DNA from: Epithemia pelagica
Lineage: Eukaryota > Protista > Bacillariophyta
NCBI GenBank assembly: GCA_946965045.2
Contig: OX337230.1
Coordinates: forward strand, 124,001-188,000
DNA length: 64,000 bases
Direction: 5' to 3'
Positions 41,743 to 51,994 of the stretch are shown here, piece after piece. Every line of letters starts with the position of its first letter. The first letter of the stretch is position 1. The notes below the pieces were generated by a model. It was not told where the DNA came from. It worked only from the letters and a program-made list of their open reading frames with translations, and made no database searches. A program made the translations under genes and the position numbers.

Positions 41743-42381
41743 TGGAATCTGTGCAATGACTTTGCGCGTACAGCTAGTAGGCGTCTTTGTTATTGGTAAC
41801 CTTCCAATCAACTGCAGTGGAAACTGCGAGATTTTTATGAGAATGGTACACTCAACGGAATCATCCTCTTCTTCCGGACAACACTTACCTGTTTGCCACT
41901 TAAAATTTATGATTCTAGTTTCGTTTACTTCAAGCATTCTCATTGGATCGTGACAATGTTACGTCAATGCCATTGTGGTTGACACGCATGATGTTCATTC
42001 GTTGTGGCTTCGCAAGAATCCTTTCGGAAAGGAAGGCCGTGTCATGTTTCTCTCCATGATGGAACGAATCTCCCACTTGGCAATTGACATAATTTTTAGA
42101 ACAAACAATACGACAAAGTGAGTTTCGTTCGAAAAAGAATAAGAACCGCTTTGCAGCTGGACCGCTGACCGATGCAGTATCGTAGTAGATTCGGCAGGCG
42201 ACATGGTTCCCAATCATTGTGATTGAATGCTTCGCATCCATCACGAGTTCTGGTTTTCGCTTCCGAATCTGTTGTCACCAGAAAATTTCAAATTTCCGGG
42301 ATTTGTTTCAGTCGCGGGCGACTCACTGCAGAAAGCGTTTTCTTGGCAGAAGCCGAAGAGAGAAACAAAAATCAGAACAAT

Positions 42382-42605
42382 TGTCACAAAGTGGGGCGTC
42401 CGTGGGGAGACGGGCAGTCTTGTAGCGCGCGTGTCGGCAGGAAAAGTAGATAGATTCAAATTCTCACACTCATTATAATTTTCCAAATCTTGCCGATTGA
42501 TCTTCCTTTTCTCGTTTAGCCTCATCTTCCTTCCAAGTTGACCATAGTTAAGCACCGTCTTTGCTGAGTACGACGTTGCAACAACAGTATCAGTCTGTTG
42601 TGACA
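42382..42605 (+). repeat. 5' LTR of Copia-3
   Basis: Identical to 48551-48774 by manual comparison. Confidence 0.97.
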
Positions 42606-42618
42606 GGTTATGAGCCCA
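42606..42618 (+). promoter_or_regulatory. Half-tRNA-iMet primer binding site of Copia-3
   Basis: GGTTATGAGCCCA is complementary to the anticodon arm of initiator tRNA-Met (UGGGCUCAUAACC), the priming mode known for Drosophila copia and yeast Ty5. Confidence 0.85.
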
Positions 42619-42720
42619 AGTAAAGGGTTGTAAGCTTGCTTTTGTCAGCGAATGAAAGCCTGAGAGAGAAAAGACTTCGCGTATCATCGACGAAACGAAA
42701 CGGAAGCGACGCGGAAGACC

Positions 42721-44208
42721 ATGTCGACGGCGACTGGACTTGGAACGCCACCGGCTCCACCGACGCCTCGAGCACCGCGTCCGCCTCCACGACCGAATCT
42801 TGGCGGTCTGAATGGGATCCATCCATGGACTGGAGGACGTCCCACTGATATCACGTTCACCGCAACGACACGAACTGTTCCGAGAAGTCCTTATTGCTAC
42901 CAGTTGCAGGACCCTACGGAAGCACACAAAGCATTGAAACAAAAGACAACAATCGTGGATAGTGAGAGCGATGCGCGCAAATTCACGAGAGATGAAAAGA
43001 GTCTCACCATTGAGCAGTTCGCGGAAATGGTAGCAGACCATATGGAATTTCACGGGATGGACAGCGAGTTTTATCTGCCTGATCCACAAGATCCCACACG
43101 ACTGGTTGATATTCTGCAAGAGGATTCCGAGTTCACACCAACCTGGGTGGTGAATCACTTCAGAACCGGAATGGCGATGACACCACCTCAATACGACGAT
43201 TACTCCACCAACAACATGGATCTGGCTTACAAAGCTATCATGTCAATGTTGGACGAAACGGTCAAGACGAGTATCCGACCCTTGCTCCCACGAGACTTGA
43301 AGTACGGGCCCATCTTGTGGATATACGTCGTTAGAGAAGTTCGGACAGCCTCGTTTCAACGGATCAAGGCTCTCAAACAACAACTGGAGAGCCACAAGCT
43401 TCGACAAACAGCGGGCGAAGACGTCAAAGTCTTCACAACCAAGTTCCTACAAACTTGTGTTGACCTTGGAAAGAACGTGCCAAGCGATGCACCGTTCATC
43501 CTCAACGAACAGCTTTGCACTTCATCCATCGAACAATTCCGAGTCAAGTTCATGGCGCGAAGTACAGCTGTGAACCAATGGGTCACGAAAGTGCATGGCC
43601 AATCTAAAGCGGCAATCGAAGCAAGAGCCGCCGAGCCGGATTACATCTCTGTCCAACAACTGGTAGAAGAAGCAAATGCTGAGTATACGCTGCTTTTGAC
43701 TGCCAAACGTTGGGGCCCATCTGGAAAGAGCGACATTGGCAACCCACCCGAAGCCATGCTTACCTTCACCAAAACAGAGATCAACAATCTCGTTCAAAAG
43801 ACCGTCTCGGCTGCAATGAAGAGTGGCACCAACGGCACCAATTATGGAAAGGGGAATTCCAATGGAGGTGTACGACAGTGCTTCATTTGTGGATCAACAG
43901 ATCACTTGAAGAAAGACTGTCCCAAAGCCAACGATGCGAACAAAGGAGGAGAGCGAAAGTCGAAAGCGCCAAAGGCTCCTTGGAAATCGAAACCACCTGG
44001 CAAAGACGAGCCAGAGACGAAAATTGTGAATGGAACCACATGGCATTGGTGTGCCATTTGTGGATTCTGGCGATTGTCGCATGGAACGGCGACGCATGAT
44101 GATGATTATGCGAAGAAATCGCAGACTGGCGGAACGAAGCCGGCTGCATCGCTAGCATCTCTCAAATACATTGGAGCTGCTACAATCCTAGACGAAGATG
44201 ACGAATGA
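42721..44208 (+). CDS. gag: Copia-3 Gag
   Basis: CFICGSTDHLKKDC zinc knuckle plus a WHWCAICGFWRLSH motif; ends at TGA 44206-44208. Confidence 0.9.
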   Translation: MSTATGLGTPPAPPTPRAPRPPPRPNLGGLNGIHPWTGGRPTDITFTATTRTVPRSPYCYQLQDPTEAHKALKQKTTIVDSESDARKFTRDEKSLTIEQFAEMVADHMEFHGMDSEFYLPDPQDPTRLVDILQEDSEFTPTWVVNHFRTGMAMTPPQYDDYSTNNMDLAYKAIMSMLDETVKTSIRPLLPRDLKYGPILWIYVVREVRTASFQRIKALKQQLESHKLRQTAGEDVKVFTTKFLQTCVDLGKNVPSDAPFILNEQLCTSSIEQFRVKFMARSTAVNQWVTKVHGQSKAAIEARAAEPDYISVQQLVEEANAEYTLLLTAKRWGPSGKSDIGNPPEAMLTFTKTEINNLVQKTVSAAMKSGTNGTNYGKGNSNGGVRQCFICGSTDHLKKDCPKANDANKGGERKSKAPKAPWKSKPPGKDEPETKIVNGTTWHWCAICGFWRLSHGTATHDDDYAKKSQTGGTKPAASLASLKYIGAATILDEDDE

Positions 44209-47200
44209 CTAGTTGGGCGGATGCTCATTGCTATGTATTCTTATTTGGTGATGATGAATCCGTTGCCCACCCTCTTTTGTATTCTTCGCTTTCTCCTAAA
44301 CCTCTGGCAGAACCTTTCGACAACACAACCTCGCTGCTCTCGCAAATCTCGTCGCTGCTATCGCTTCTCGCCAATCTTGGTGTTGCCCGCTCTCTTCTGT
44401 TGCTATTCTGGAGTGATGATGAGCACTCATTCTTTTGTTTTGGGCATTGATGCACCGGTCACCAAGTTCCCATCACTGGCCTTTGCAAGTCGAGTCTACA
44501 ACCGACGCTTGTTTGGCAAACCCATCAGCAGAATCGTCCTTTCCTTCCAGTATCATCCACGCCATTCGTATCGACCACCACGATGGCGGAGACGAAGAAA
44601 GAGACGAGGGCTCGACGACCCAAAACCAGCAGACGACGATCCACCAATTTCTCCCTTTTCAAAGCTACCGGATCCTGATCCATTCGAAGAACTGTCTTAT
44701 TCTCTCCTGTTTCCATCGGCCGCTCAAGCACATGCAAACACCGCCGAGCCGTCAACAGAGGGAGCACCGCTGGCTTGGGATTTCCTGTCCGAATCACCTT
44801 CTTCGACCTTTCCAGTTACAATTGACTCTGGAGCAACAATCTCGATTACACCGCATCGAGACGATTTTGTTGAGTATTCGGAACTGACTGGCTCTGTCCT
44901 TCAAGGCTTAGCCAAAGGATTGCCTATCAACGGCACAGGGATCGTTCGTTGGAGAGTGCAAATGGATGATGGCAGTTTTACCGAATTGGAAGCACCGGCT
45001 TACCATGTGTCGACCGCTCGCTGTCGATTGTTCTCACCGCAGAGCTATTTACAGCACAAAGAAGCAACGTCCGGAGAGAATGTGCTTGAGAGCTTTGTGA
45101 TTCGCGGGTCGACGCTCCAATTCGAAACCGCCAATGGCAACCGTGCCTCCATCCACTACAATCCGAAAAACAACCTCCCAACTTGCAAGATGTCCAACGT
45201 CATTCCAATCAAAACTCCCGTCGTCAATCATGGCTGTGTAACCGACAGCAGCAATCCAAACTTGTCCACAGCCCAGAAAGAACTCATAAAATGGCACTAT
45301 CGGCTGTGCCATCATGGGCTGGCTGCTATTCAACGTCTCATGCAATCTGGAGCCCTTGGTTCGTCCCCTCTCATCAAGGCAGCATCCAAATGTGAATTGC
45401 CAAAATGCGCCAGCTGCCAGTTTGGTAAAGCGAAACGACGTCCGACCGATGCCACCCAGAAAACGCTTGTCCGCGAACGAGAATACAACATGAAGAAGGA
45501 GACTTTATTCCCCGGTCAACGCGTTTCCATGGATCATTTTGTGGTGAAACAGAAGGGCCGCCTTTACACTTCGAAAGGACAGTCCCATCAGGATAGCATG
45601 TACTCCGGCGGATGCATCTTCGTGGACCATGCTACTGGTGACATCCATATCGAGCATCTAGTCAACTTCACTGCCACAGAAACGATCGCCGCCAAACAAC
45701 GATACGAAAAGCGCATGTTCGATCTTGGCATTACCGTTCAAGCATATCAGTCAGACAATGGTATCTTTGCGTCCAACGCTTTTGTAAACGAAATCGAATC
45801 GGGCCTTCAGAACATCAAATTCAGCGGAGTCGGCGCACACCATCAAAACGGAATTGCTGAGCGAGCCATTGGTACCATCCTTTCAAAAGCTCGAACGATC
45901 CTTATCCATGCCGCAATTCGGTGGCCAGATGCAGCAGATACCAGTCTGTGGCCAATGGCAGTCGACTATGTGGTCTTTCAACACAACCACATGCCTCGTA
46001 CCAGCGCTGGCATGATGTCGCCAATAGATTTGATTGTTAAGTCGAAGGCAGGCCGGCAAGTCTTTCAAGACATGCATGTGTGGGGATGCCCTTGCTATGT
46101 CCTGGATCCAACTCTCCAGGACGGGCACAAGCTACCAAAATGGAAGCCACGATCTCGACGAGGAATCTTCTTGGGCTTTTCTCGGAGACATTCATCGAGA
46201 GTCCCATTGGTTCTCAACACAAGAACCGGCCACATCTCCCCTCAGTTCCATGTCGTATTCGACGACTGGTTCACAAGTGTGATTGGAACTGGGACCGATC
46301 GTCCATTTAACGAGCATGAGTGGACTCAGCTGTTTGCAGACGCGCGATATCATTACGCGTTTGATGAAGACGACCCGGTCACACTGGCTGACGAGTGGAT
46401 TGAGCAACAAGACGACAATGTCGATCGATCGGCCCAAATTCGGAGAACACAACAACGAGTTCGTTTTGAGGAGCCAGTTGTACAACCACAACAACAAGAT
46501 GGAATGCTAAAACAGAGGGAGCAGGACAAGCCTGCACAAGACAACCCTCCAACAGAACCGAATGAACCTCAACAAGAGGATCCACAATTGCAACCGATCG
46601 AAGAAGAGCCTGTCATTGTTGAAGAGCCTCCTTCTTCACCAACACAACAACAACAACCACCACCAAATGCCGAAGAACCGTCACCATCTGTTCGTCGCTC
46701 CGGTAGAACGCGCAAAGCGCCACTCCGTTGGGGATACGATGGCACACAAGGTGCAGGCTATCGAGCCTTGGCGAGTTTCGCGGCCTTTGTTACCAACGCA
46801 ATGACTAGTACTGCCTACCGAGCATACCTTGACTCGGATACCGACTCCGACACTTTTGGATTTCGCGATCCGATCGTGTTCCAAGCCTCAAGTAAAAAGA
46901 ACAATCCAGATCTGCCGTCCTACTACGAGGCCATGACTGGAGATGACCGTGAAGGCTACATAGCCGCCATGGGAAACGAAGTAAAAGAGCTGGAGGACAA
47001 GGGAACTTGGGTGTTGACTCTACGATCTGAAATGGAAAAGCGTGGTGGCAAAGCGTTACCTTCAACTTGGGCATTTCGTCGCAAGCGGTACCCGGACGGA
47101 TCAGTGCGCAAACTCAAAGCGCGGCTGTGTGTACGAGGAGATCGACAAACTTACGGGTTAGACTATTTTGAGACCTATGCTCCAGTTGTGCAATGGGTGA

Positions 47201-48504
47201 CTATTCGACTTGTTTTGTTGATGGTCCTGGTGTTTCAGTGGGAGACAGTGCAGACAGACTACACTAACGCGTTTGCACAGGCCTTCCTCACAGAAGACGT
47301 GTATATGGAACTGCCCAAGGACTTTGCACCCAACACCGACGATGGAAAAGAATACGTTTTGCATTTGAAGAAGAGTCTATACGGGCTGAAACAAGCCCCT
47401 CTCTCATGGTACGACCATCTCAAAGGCCATCTAGAACAACGTGGGTTCAAGCAGAGTGCATTCGACCCTTGCCTCTTCTACGACCCAATCAAACGAATCC
47501 TGTGCCTCGTTTATATCGACGATGTCATTTGGGCAGGACCAGACAAATCACTTATTATGAAAGTGATGGACTCATTGAAAGACGATTTGGAGATGACAGT
47601 CGAAGGAGACGTATCGGCGTACCTCGGCATCGACTTTGAGCGCCTCAACAATGGCCAAATCAAACTAAAACAATACGGCCTGATTGACAAAGTGTTGAAA
47701 GCAACAGGGCTACAAGATTGTAACCCAGACAAGACTCCAGCGAGTCAAACACCGCTTGGAAAAGATCAGGACGGCGAGGACTACGCAGAACAGTGGAGCT
47801 ACGCGTCAGTGGTCGGTATGTTGTTGTATTTGGCGTCCAACTCGCGCCCAGAAATCGCATATGCTGTGCACCAATGTGCCAGATTCACCCACAACCCCAA
47901 GACGTCACATGCCAAAGCCGTCAAACGAATTTGCCGTTACTTGAAGGGAACGAGAGATCAAGGGATGACCCTAACTCCCTCAAAAGAATGCTTGTCAGTT
48001 GATTGCTATGTGGATGCCGATTTTGCGGGCCAGTGGAACAGTGAGGATCCACAGGATCCACTCTGTGTGAAGTCGAGGACCGGCTATGTTTTGATGGTCG
48101 CAAATTGTCCAGTTCATTGGGTTTCTAAGTTGCAAACAGAGATCGCCGTATCAACCATGGAAGCTGAATACATCGCCCTCAGCCTTGCCATGAGAGACCT
48201 CATTCCACTTCGGGGATTAGTGGATGAAATCAAAGCCATGTTCGACATCAACGAGCTTCCTTGCAGAACATATTCAAAAGTCTTTGAGGACAACAATGGA
48301 ACGATCTTGTTGGCCACTACACCACGAATGACCCCTCGCTCAAAACACATCGCAGTGAAGTATCATTTCTTCAAGGAGCATGTCTATAATGGAAACATCC
48401 GTCTGGTGAAAGTTGCGTCAGATGAGCAAGTGGCGGATTGTTTGACAAAAGGATTAGACAAGACTCTGTTCCAAAGAGCAAGAAAGATGTTGTCTGGATG
48501 GTAG
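44209..48504 (+). CDS. pol: Copia-3 Pol (protease, integrase, RT, RNase H), in frame with gag after one TGA
   Basis: VTIDSGAT protease; WHYRLCH...CASC and HHQNGIAER integrase; KARLCVRGD and YIDD RT; CYVDADF and VFEDN RNase H. Confidence 0.95.
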   Translation, partial: LVGRMLIAMYSYLVMMNPLPTLFCILRFLLNLWQNLSTTQPRCSRKSRRCYRFSPILVLPALFCCYSGVMMSTHSFVLGIDAPVTKFPSLAFASRVYNRRLFGKPISRIVLSFQYHPRHSYRPPRWRRRRKRRGLDDPKPADDDPPISPFSKLPDPDPFEELSYSLLFPSAAQAHANTAEPSTEGAPLAWDFLSESPSSTFPVTIDSGATISITPHRDDFVEYSELTGSVLQGLAKGLPINGTGIVRWRVQMDDGSFTELEAPAYHVSTARCRLFSPQSYLQHKEATSGENVLESFVIRGSTLQFETANGNRASIHYNPKNNLPTCKMSNVIPIKTPVVNHGCVTDSSNPNLSTAQKELIKWHYRLCHHGLAAIQRLMQSGALGSSPLIKAASKCELPKCASCQFGKAKRRPTDATQKTLVREREYNMKKETLFPGQRVSMDHFVVKQKGRLYTSKGQSHQDSMYSGGCIFVDHATGDIHIEHLVNFTATETIAAKQRYEKRMFDLGITVQAYQSDNGIFASNAFVNEIESGLQNIKFSGVGAHHQNGIAERAIGTILSKARTILIHAAIRWPDAADTSLWPMAVDYVVFQHNHMPRTSAGMMSPIDLIVKSKAGRQVFQDMHVWGCPCYVLDPTLQDGHKLPKWKPRSRRGIFLGFSRRHSSRVPLVLNTRTGHISPQFHVVFDDWFTSVIGTGTDRPFNEHEWTQLFADARYHYAFDEDDPVTLADEWIEQQDDNVDRSAQIRRTQQRVRFEEPVVQPQQQDGMLKQREQDKPAQDNPPTEPNEPQQEDPQLQPIEEEPVIVEEPPSSPTQQQQPPPNAEEPSPSVRRSGRTRKAPLRWGYDGTQGAGYRALASFAAFVTNAMTSTAYRAYLDSDTDSDTFGFRDPIVFQASSKKNNPDLPSYYEAMTGDDREGYIAAMGNEVKELEDKGTWVLTLRSEMEKRGGKALPSTWAFRRKRYPDGSVRKLKARLCVRGDRQTYGLDYFETYAPVVQWVTIRLVLLMVLVFQWETVQTDYTNAFAQAFLTEDVYMELPKDFAPNTDDGKEYVLHLKKSLYGLKQAPLSWYDHLKGHLEQRGFKQSAFDPCLFYDPIKRILCLVYIDDVIWAGPDKSLIMKVMDSLKDDLEMTVEGDVSAYLGIDFERLNNGQIKLKQYGLIDKVLKATGLQDCNPDKTPASQTPLGKDQDGEDYAEQWSYASVVGMLLYLASNSRPEIAYAVHQCARFTHNPKTSHAKAVKRICRYLKGTRDQGMTLTPSKECLSVDCYVDADFAGQWNSEDPQDPLCVKSRTGYVLMVANCPVHWVSKLQTEIAVSTMEAEYIALSLAMRDLIPLRGLVDEIKAMFDINELPCRTYSKVFEDNNGTILLATTPRMTPRSKHIAVKYHFFKEHVYNGNIRLVKVASDEQVADCLTKGLDKTLFQRARKMLSGW

Positions 48505-48550
48505 TCATGGCAACTATATGTTTAACGCGGCTACTACGTCTGAGAGGGAG

Positions 48551-48774
48551 TGTCACAAAGTGGGGCGTCCGTGGGGAGACGGGCAGTCTTGTAGCGCGCG
48601 TGTCGGCAGGAAAAGTAGATAGATTCAAATTCTCACACTCATTATAATTTTCCAAATCTTGCCGATTGATCTTCCTTTTCTCGTTTAGCCTCATCTTCCT
48701 TCCAAGTTGACCATAGTTAAGCACCGTCTTTGCTGAGTACGACGTTGCAACAACAGTATCAGTCTGTTGTGACA
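48551..48774 (+). repeat. 3' LTR of Copia-3
   Basis: Identical to 42382-42605; preceded by the PPT. Confidence 0.97.
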
Positions 48775-48953
48775 ACAATCCGTTTTGGACCAGCCTCTGT
48801 CGAGATCCCAGTGCTCCGGCCGCATAAAACGACACTACGAAATCACACAACAAACAAACGCTGCTGCCATGCCCACAAATTACTTTTGATCCTATTCGCA
48901 ATGTTCAAAAGTGATAATAGTAGAATTCTTGCTTGTTACTTCCAAAGAAACTA

Positions 48954-50245
48954 TCATTTGTGTTGATTTCGTCCATGTGCTAGAATAACTATGTGTATGG
49001 TCGTTTGTGGAGGAAGAGGTAGACTGAGTCCACAGACTGCTTTCCCTTTTTCATTGGCTACCAGAACCGGGAATGCGACACTGGGCCATTCTGTTCGCCC
49101 TCTGTCTGCTCTTCGTTCTCCACAGACATGCGACCGAAATGGAAGGCAACCGGATGCTTCCGAAACGAACGAACGACACGACAAGATAAACATGCCCCTC
49201 AACTGCAACTTGCGCCTTCCATTTTCCATTTCTGGGTTCTGGAGTGAGGTCCATTCTGCAAGAAGATCCAAACATCCAAAAGCGTTGGAACCAACCAACA
49301 ACTCTGCTTGTTCTACTTGTTTCCTGTCGACTTGCGACTTGACTTGATTTTCCCAGTATGCGTTGCTCCATTGTTCGAAAGGGCGATATCCAACGGTCGT
49401 CGTCGTCCTCCCGGTAAGATCTCAATGGTATCTTTCACCTTGTCGTTGGCAATTGTTCTTTTCTCATGTACAAAATCCTATGAATTGTCATCTCTTCCTT
49501 CTATCATAGACACCATCAGGACGATGATTCGTTTTCCAAAACAGCTACCCATCAACTGGATGAGACTCCCACTACAAGGAACGCATCCTCCTCCAAGTCG
49601 TCGTCGTCGTCGTCGTCATCTGTATTGCAACAAACGGCCGATATGCATCATGCCATTTATCCCTTCCTGGTCTGTGTCCTGTCTTCGTCGTCATCATCAT
49701 CTTCTTGGTCTCACACATTGGCGACGGCTCGATCCATTCGGTATGCTCCCACCTACAATACCCACCACTCATTGCCATCGTTCCAGAACCAGGCACAACA
49801 ACTGCAAAAACAACAACCTTAATATTGGCAACACGTTCAAATGCAACAAGAAGGTCTGAGTGATTGTGGTTCCTGTTGGTGTGCTTCCACCAACGCCTCG
49901 ATTGATGTGGTGGATTTGTAGAAACAACAACAACAACGACGACCACCACAACCAAACTGTCCGTGCGGGTTGGTATCGACAATAGCTTGTTTCGGTTTGG
50001 GGCAAGGAGCGAGAGGCACGCTCGTGTGGTATACGACACGATCGATCCATGCCATGCACCACGGACACGTGGTGTGGTGGTTCCAAAACCGTGTCCTGCA
50101 GACTGCTGCTGTACCAGGCAAAGAACCATTTCCTGTGGCGTTTGGTGTGTGTATATAAAGGGTAGCGTGGTCTAGAATCCATCGTGTGTCTCTGTTTCAT
50201 GATAACGGTTGTATCCTGGCGTAACTGGATGGACTGGGTAGGCAA
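48954..50245 (-). other. Possible fragmented or spliced gene of unknown function
   Basis: Several protein-like minus-strand ORFs in different frames (49769-50245 with a TM-like stretch, 49572-50129, 49051-49425). No coherent model could be built. Confidence 0.25.
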
Positions 50246-50473
50246 TTCTATATTTCCTAGAGGTAATGACAGAACGAAATGCCCCTAGTAGTACTAAGGC
50301 TAGGGACAATTTCCTCGTCGGGATATACGCATGTCCGAAGTCCGTCCGTTTGGTGTTTGCGTTGGAGGATCGCTGCTCTCTTTTGGGAATAGATAAGGAG
50401 AAGAGCATACTTCCATGTTCCAACTACTCCTCGAGACAGTCAGTGCTCTAGTGGTTGGTTCTGGTTTTGTCCC

Positions 50474-50531
50474 TCGTTTCGGATATCAATCACCACTTTT
50501 CTTCGTTTCGGATATCAATCACTACTTTTCT
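50474..50531. repeat. 29-bp tandem duplication upstream of RPB7
   Basis: TCGTTTCGGATATCAATCAC(C/T)ACTTTTCT x2. Confidence 0.8.
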
Positions 50532-50791
50532 TCCTTCAAGGATGGGAGCAGTTGGATCGAACTATACTCTTGCTAGATGATTTACTTCCCCCAAGCCGCC
50601 TGTCCGTGGTCCACGTTTGTGGAGCGACTTTTCTGCGACCTTTTTGGTGCAACATCTCCGCCGAGCGACGCACGCACAGCATGGACAACCATCTCTCAAC
50701 ACCCCGTCTATGAATAGACCAATTCTCCTCTCGTGAGTCGAAGCAACACCAAATTAACAAACAAACCAGCCAACAAAAGCAAACAAGCATC

Positions 50792-51352
50792 ATGTTTTAT
50801 GTGAAGCAATTGGAGCACGAAATTGTGTTGGAACCGCAACATTTTGGTCCGAAATTACGTGCCACCTTGGTTCGGTTGTTGAAGGAGCAAGTCGAAGGCT
50901 TGGCCTTGGCCACCTATGGCTTTGTGGTGAATGCGATTGACGTTCCGGAAAAGGATATTCAATCGGGTATTATTGAATACGATACCGGCAATGTCGTCTT
51001 TACCGTCAAGTACACGGCGCTGTTGTTGCGTCCCTTTATTCATGAAGTGTTGGATGCCGTCGTGGGACAATGCAATCCGCTGGGCTTTTTTGCCTTTTGT
51101 GGACCGCTCCGCATCTTTGTGTCCAAACATTCCATGCCCGAAGACATGTTTCATGGATTTGATCCCGAACAAGATGCCTGGATTAGTGAAGATAAAGAAG
51201 TTGTCATTTCCGCCGGCTCGGGCGTTCGACTCAAAATCAAGGGACGGACCGTCGAACAGGGCAATATCACGGCCATTGCCACCATTAAAGACAATTATTT
51301 GGGATTGGTCGATGATGGAGAAGCCAATGGACCCGAAGGAGCCGATGCCTAA
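50792..51352 (+). CDS. RPB7: DNA-directed RNA polymerase II subunit RPB7
   Basis: MFY...LEHEIVLEPQHFGPKL, YGFVV, RPFIHEVLDAVV, GFFAFCGPLRIFVSKH, VRLKI and IATIKDNYLG all match RPB7. Confidence 0.93.
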   Translation: MFYVKQLEHEIVLEPQHFGPKLRATLVRLLKEQVEGLALATYGFVVNAIDVPEKDIQSGIIEYDTGNVVFTVKYTALLLRPFIHEVLDAVVGQCNPLGFFAFCGPLRIFVSKHSMPEDMFHGFDPEQDAWISEDKEVVISAGSGVRLKIKGRTVEQGNITAIATIKDNYLGLVDDGEANGPEGADA

Positions 51353-51994
51353 TATGCAGAAACAATCGAGAACTATGCACTCCAAAGCATGAGTTAAATC
51401 TCTTGTGTGTGTGTTTGGTTGCACGCATTTTGGAAACACTTGCCACCCGTTTTTTTGTCGGTGCTCTACAAACGCATGTGCGGAGCGTGACTTGTGTGTG
51501 TCCTTCCATTCTGAAGTTACGGATTTCGATAGCATCATCCTGGATGGGTACTATGGATTCCAGTATTGTTCTCATGGATTTTTCATAGTACTTGTCGTCC
51601 TGGAGGCAGTTCTTCTGGGGGGAACGATCACTCTGTAGAGACTTGCGCGCAGAGAATAAACTAAAAAGAGATACCTTCAGGATAATAGTCTGTTTCTCCT
51701 TTCTACTGGCAGCGAACAGGCAACCAAGCCATATACGATCGATCCACCTTTTCTATAAGTAGGAGTGGATGCTCTGCATAGCATGCAAATCTTTGTCACA
51801 GTGGGTGCCCTGCCTGTGATTTCTCTCTAGAGAGAAGGAAAACGCAGTCTATATTATAGTATACACAAGTTGGAATCGGTTTATCCTTTTACGTGCATAG
51901 CTTTAGCTCTATCGAGGTTGTTTGTTTCTGTTTCTATTTTTTTTTGTGGCTTTTGTGCAACATTTTCATGGGCTCCATGTTCCTGGTTGGTGGA

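Larger units (their letters stand above)
42382..48774 (+). mobile_element. Copia-3: full-length Ty1/Copia LTR retrotransposon with identical LTRs and 5-bp TSD ACAAT
   Basis: 224-bp TG...CA LTRs; TSD at 42377-42381 and 48775-48779; PBS GGTTATGAGCCCA; PPT GAGAGGGAG at 48542-48550. Confidence 0.97.

Noticed and set aside
42241-43191. 316-aa minus-strand ORF across the Copia-3 5' LTR
   Set aside because: Spans host flank, LTR and gag antisense; no motif; likely chance.
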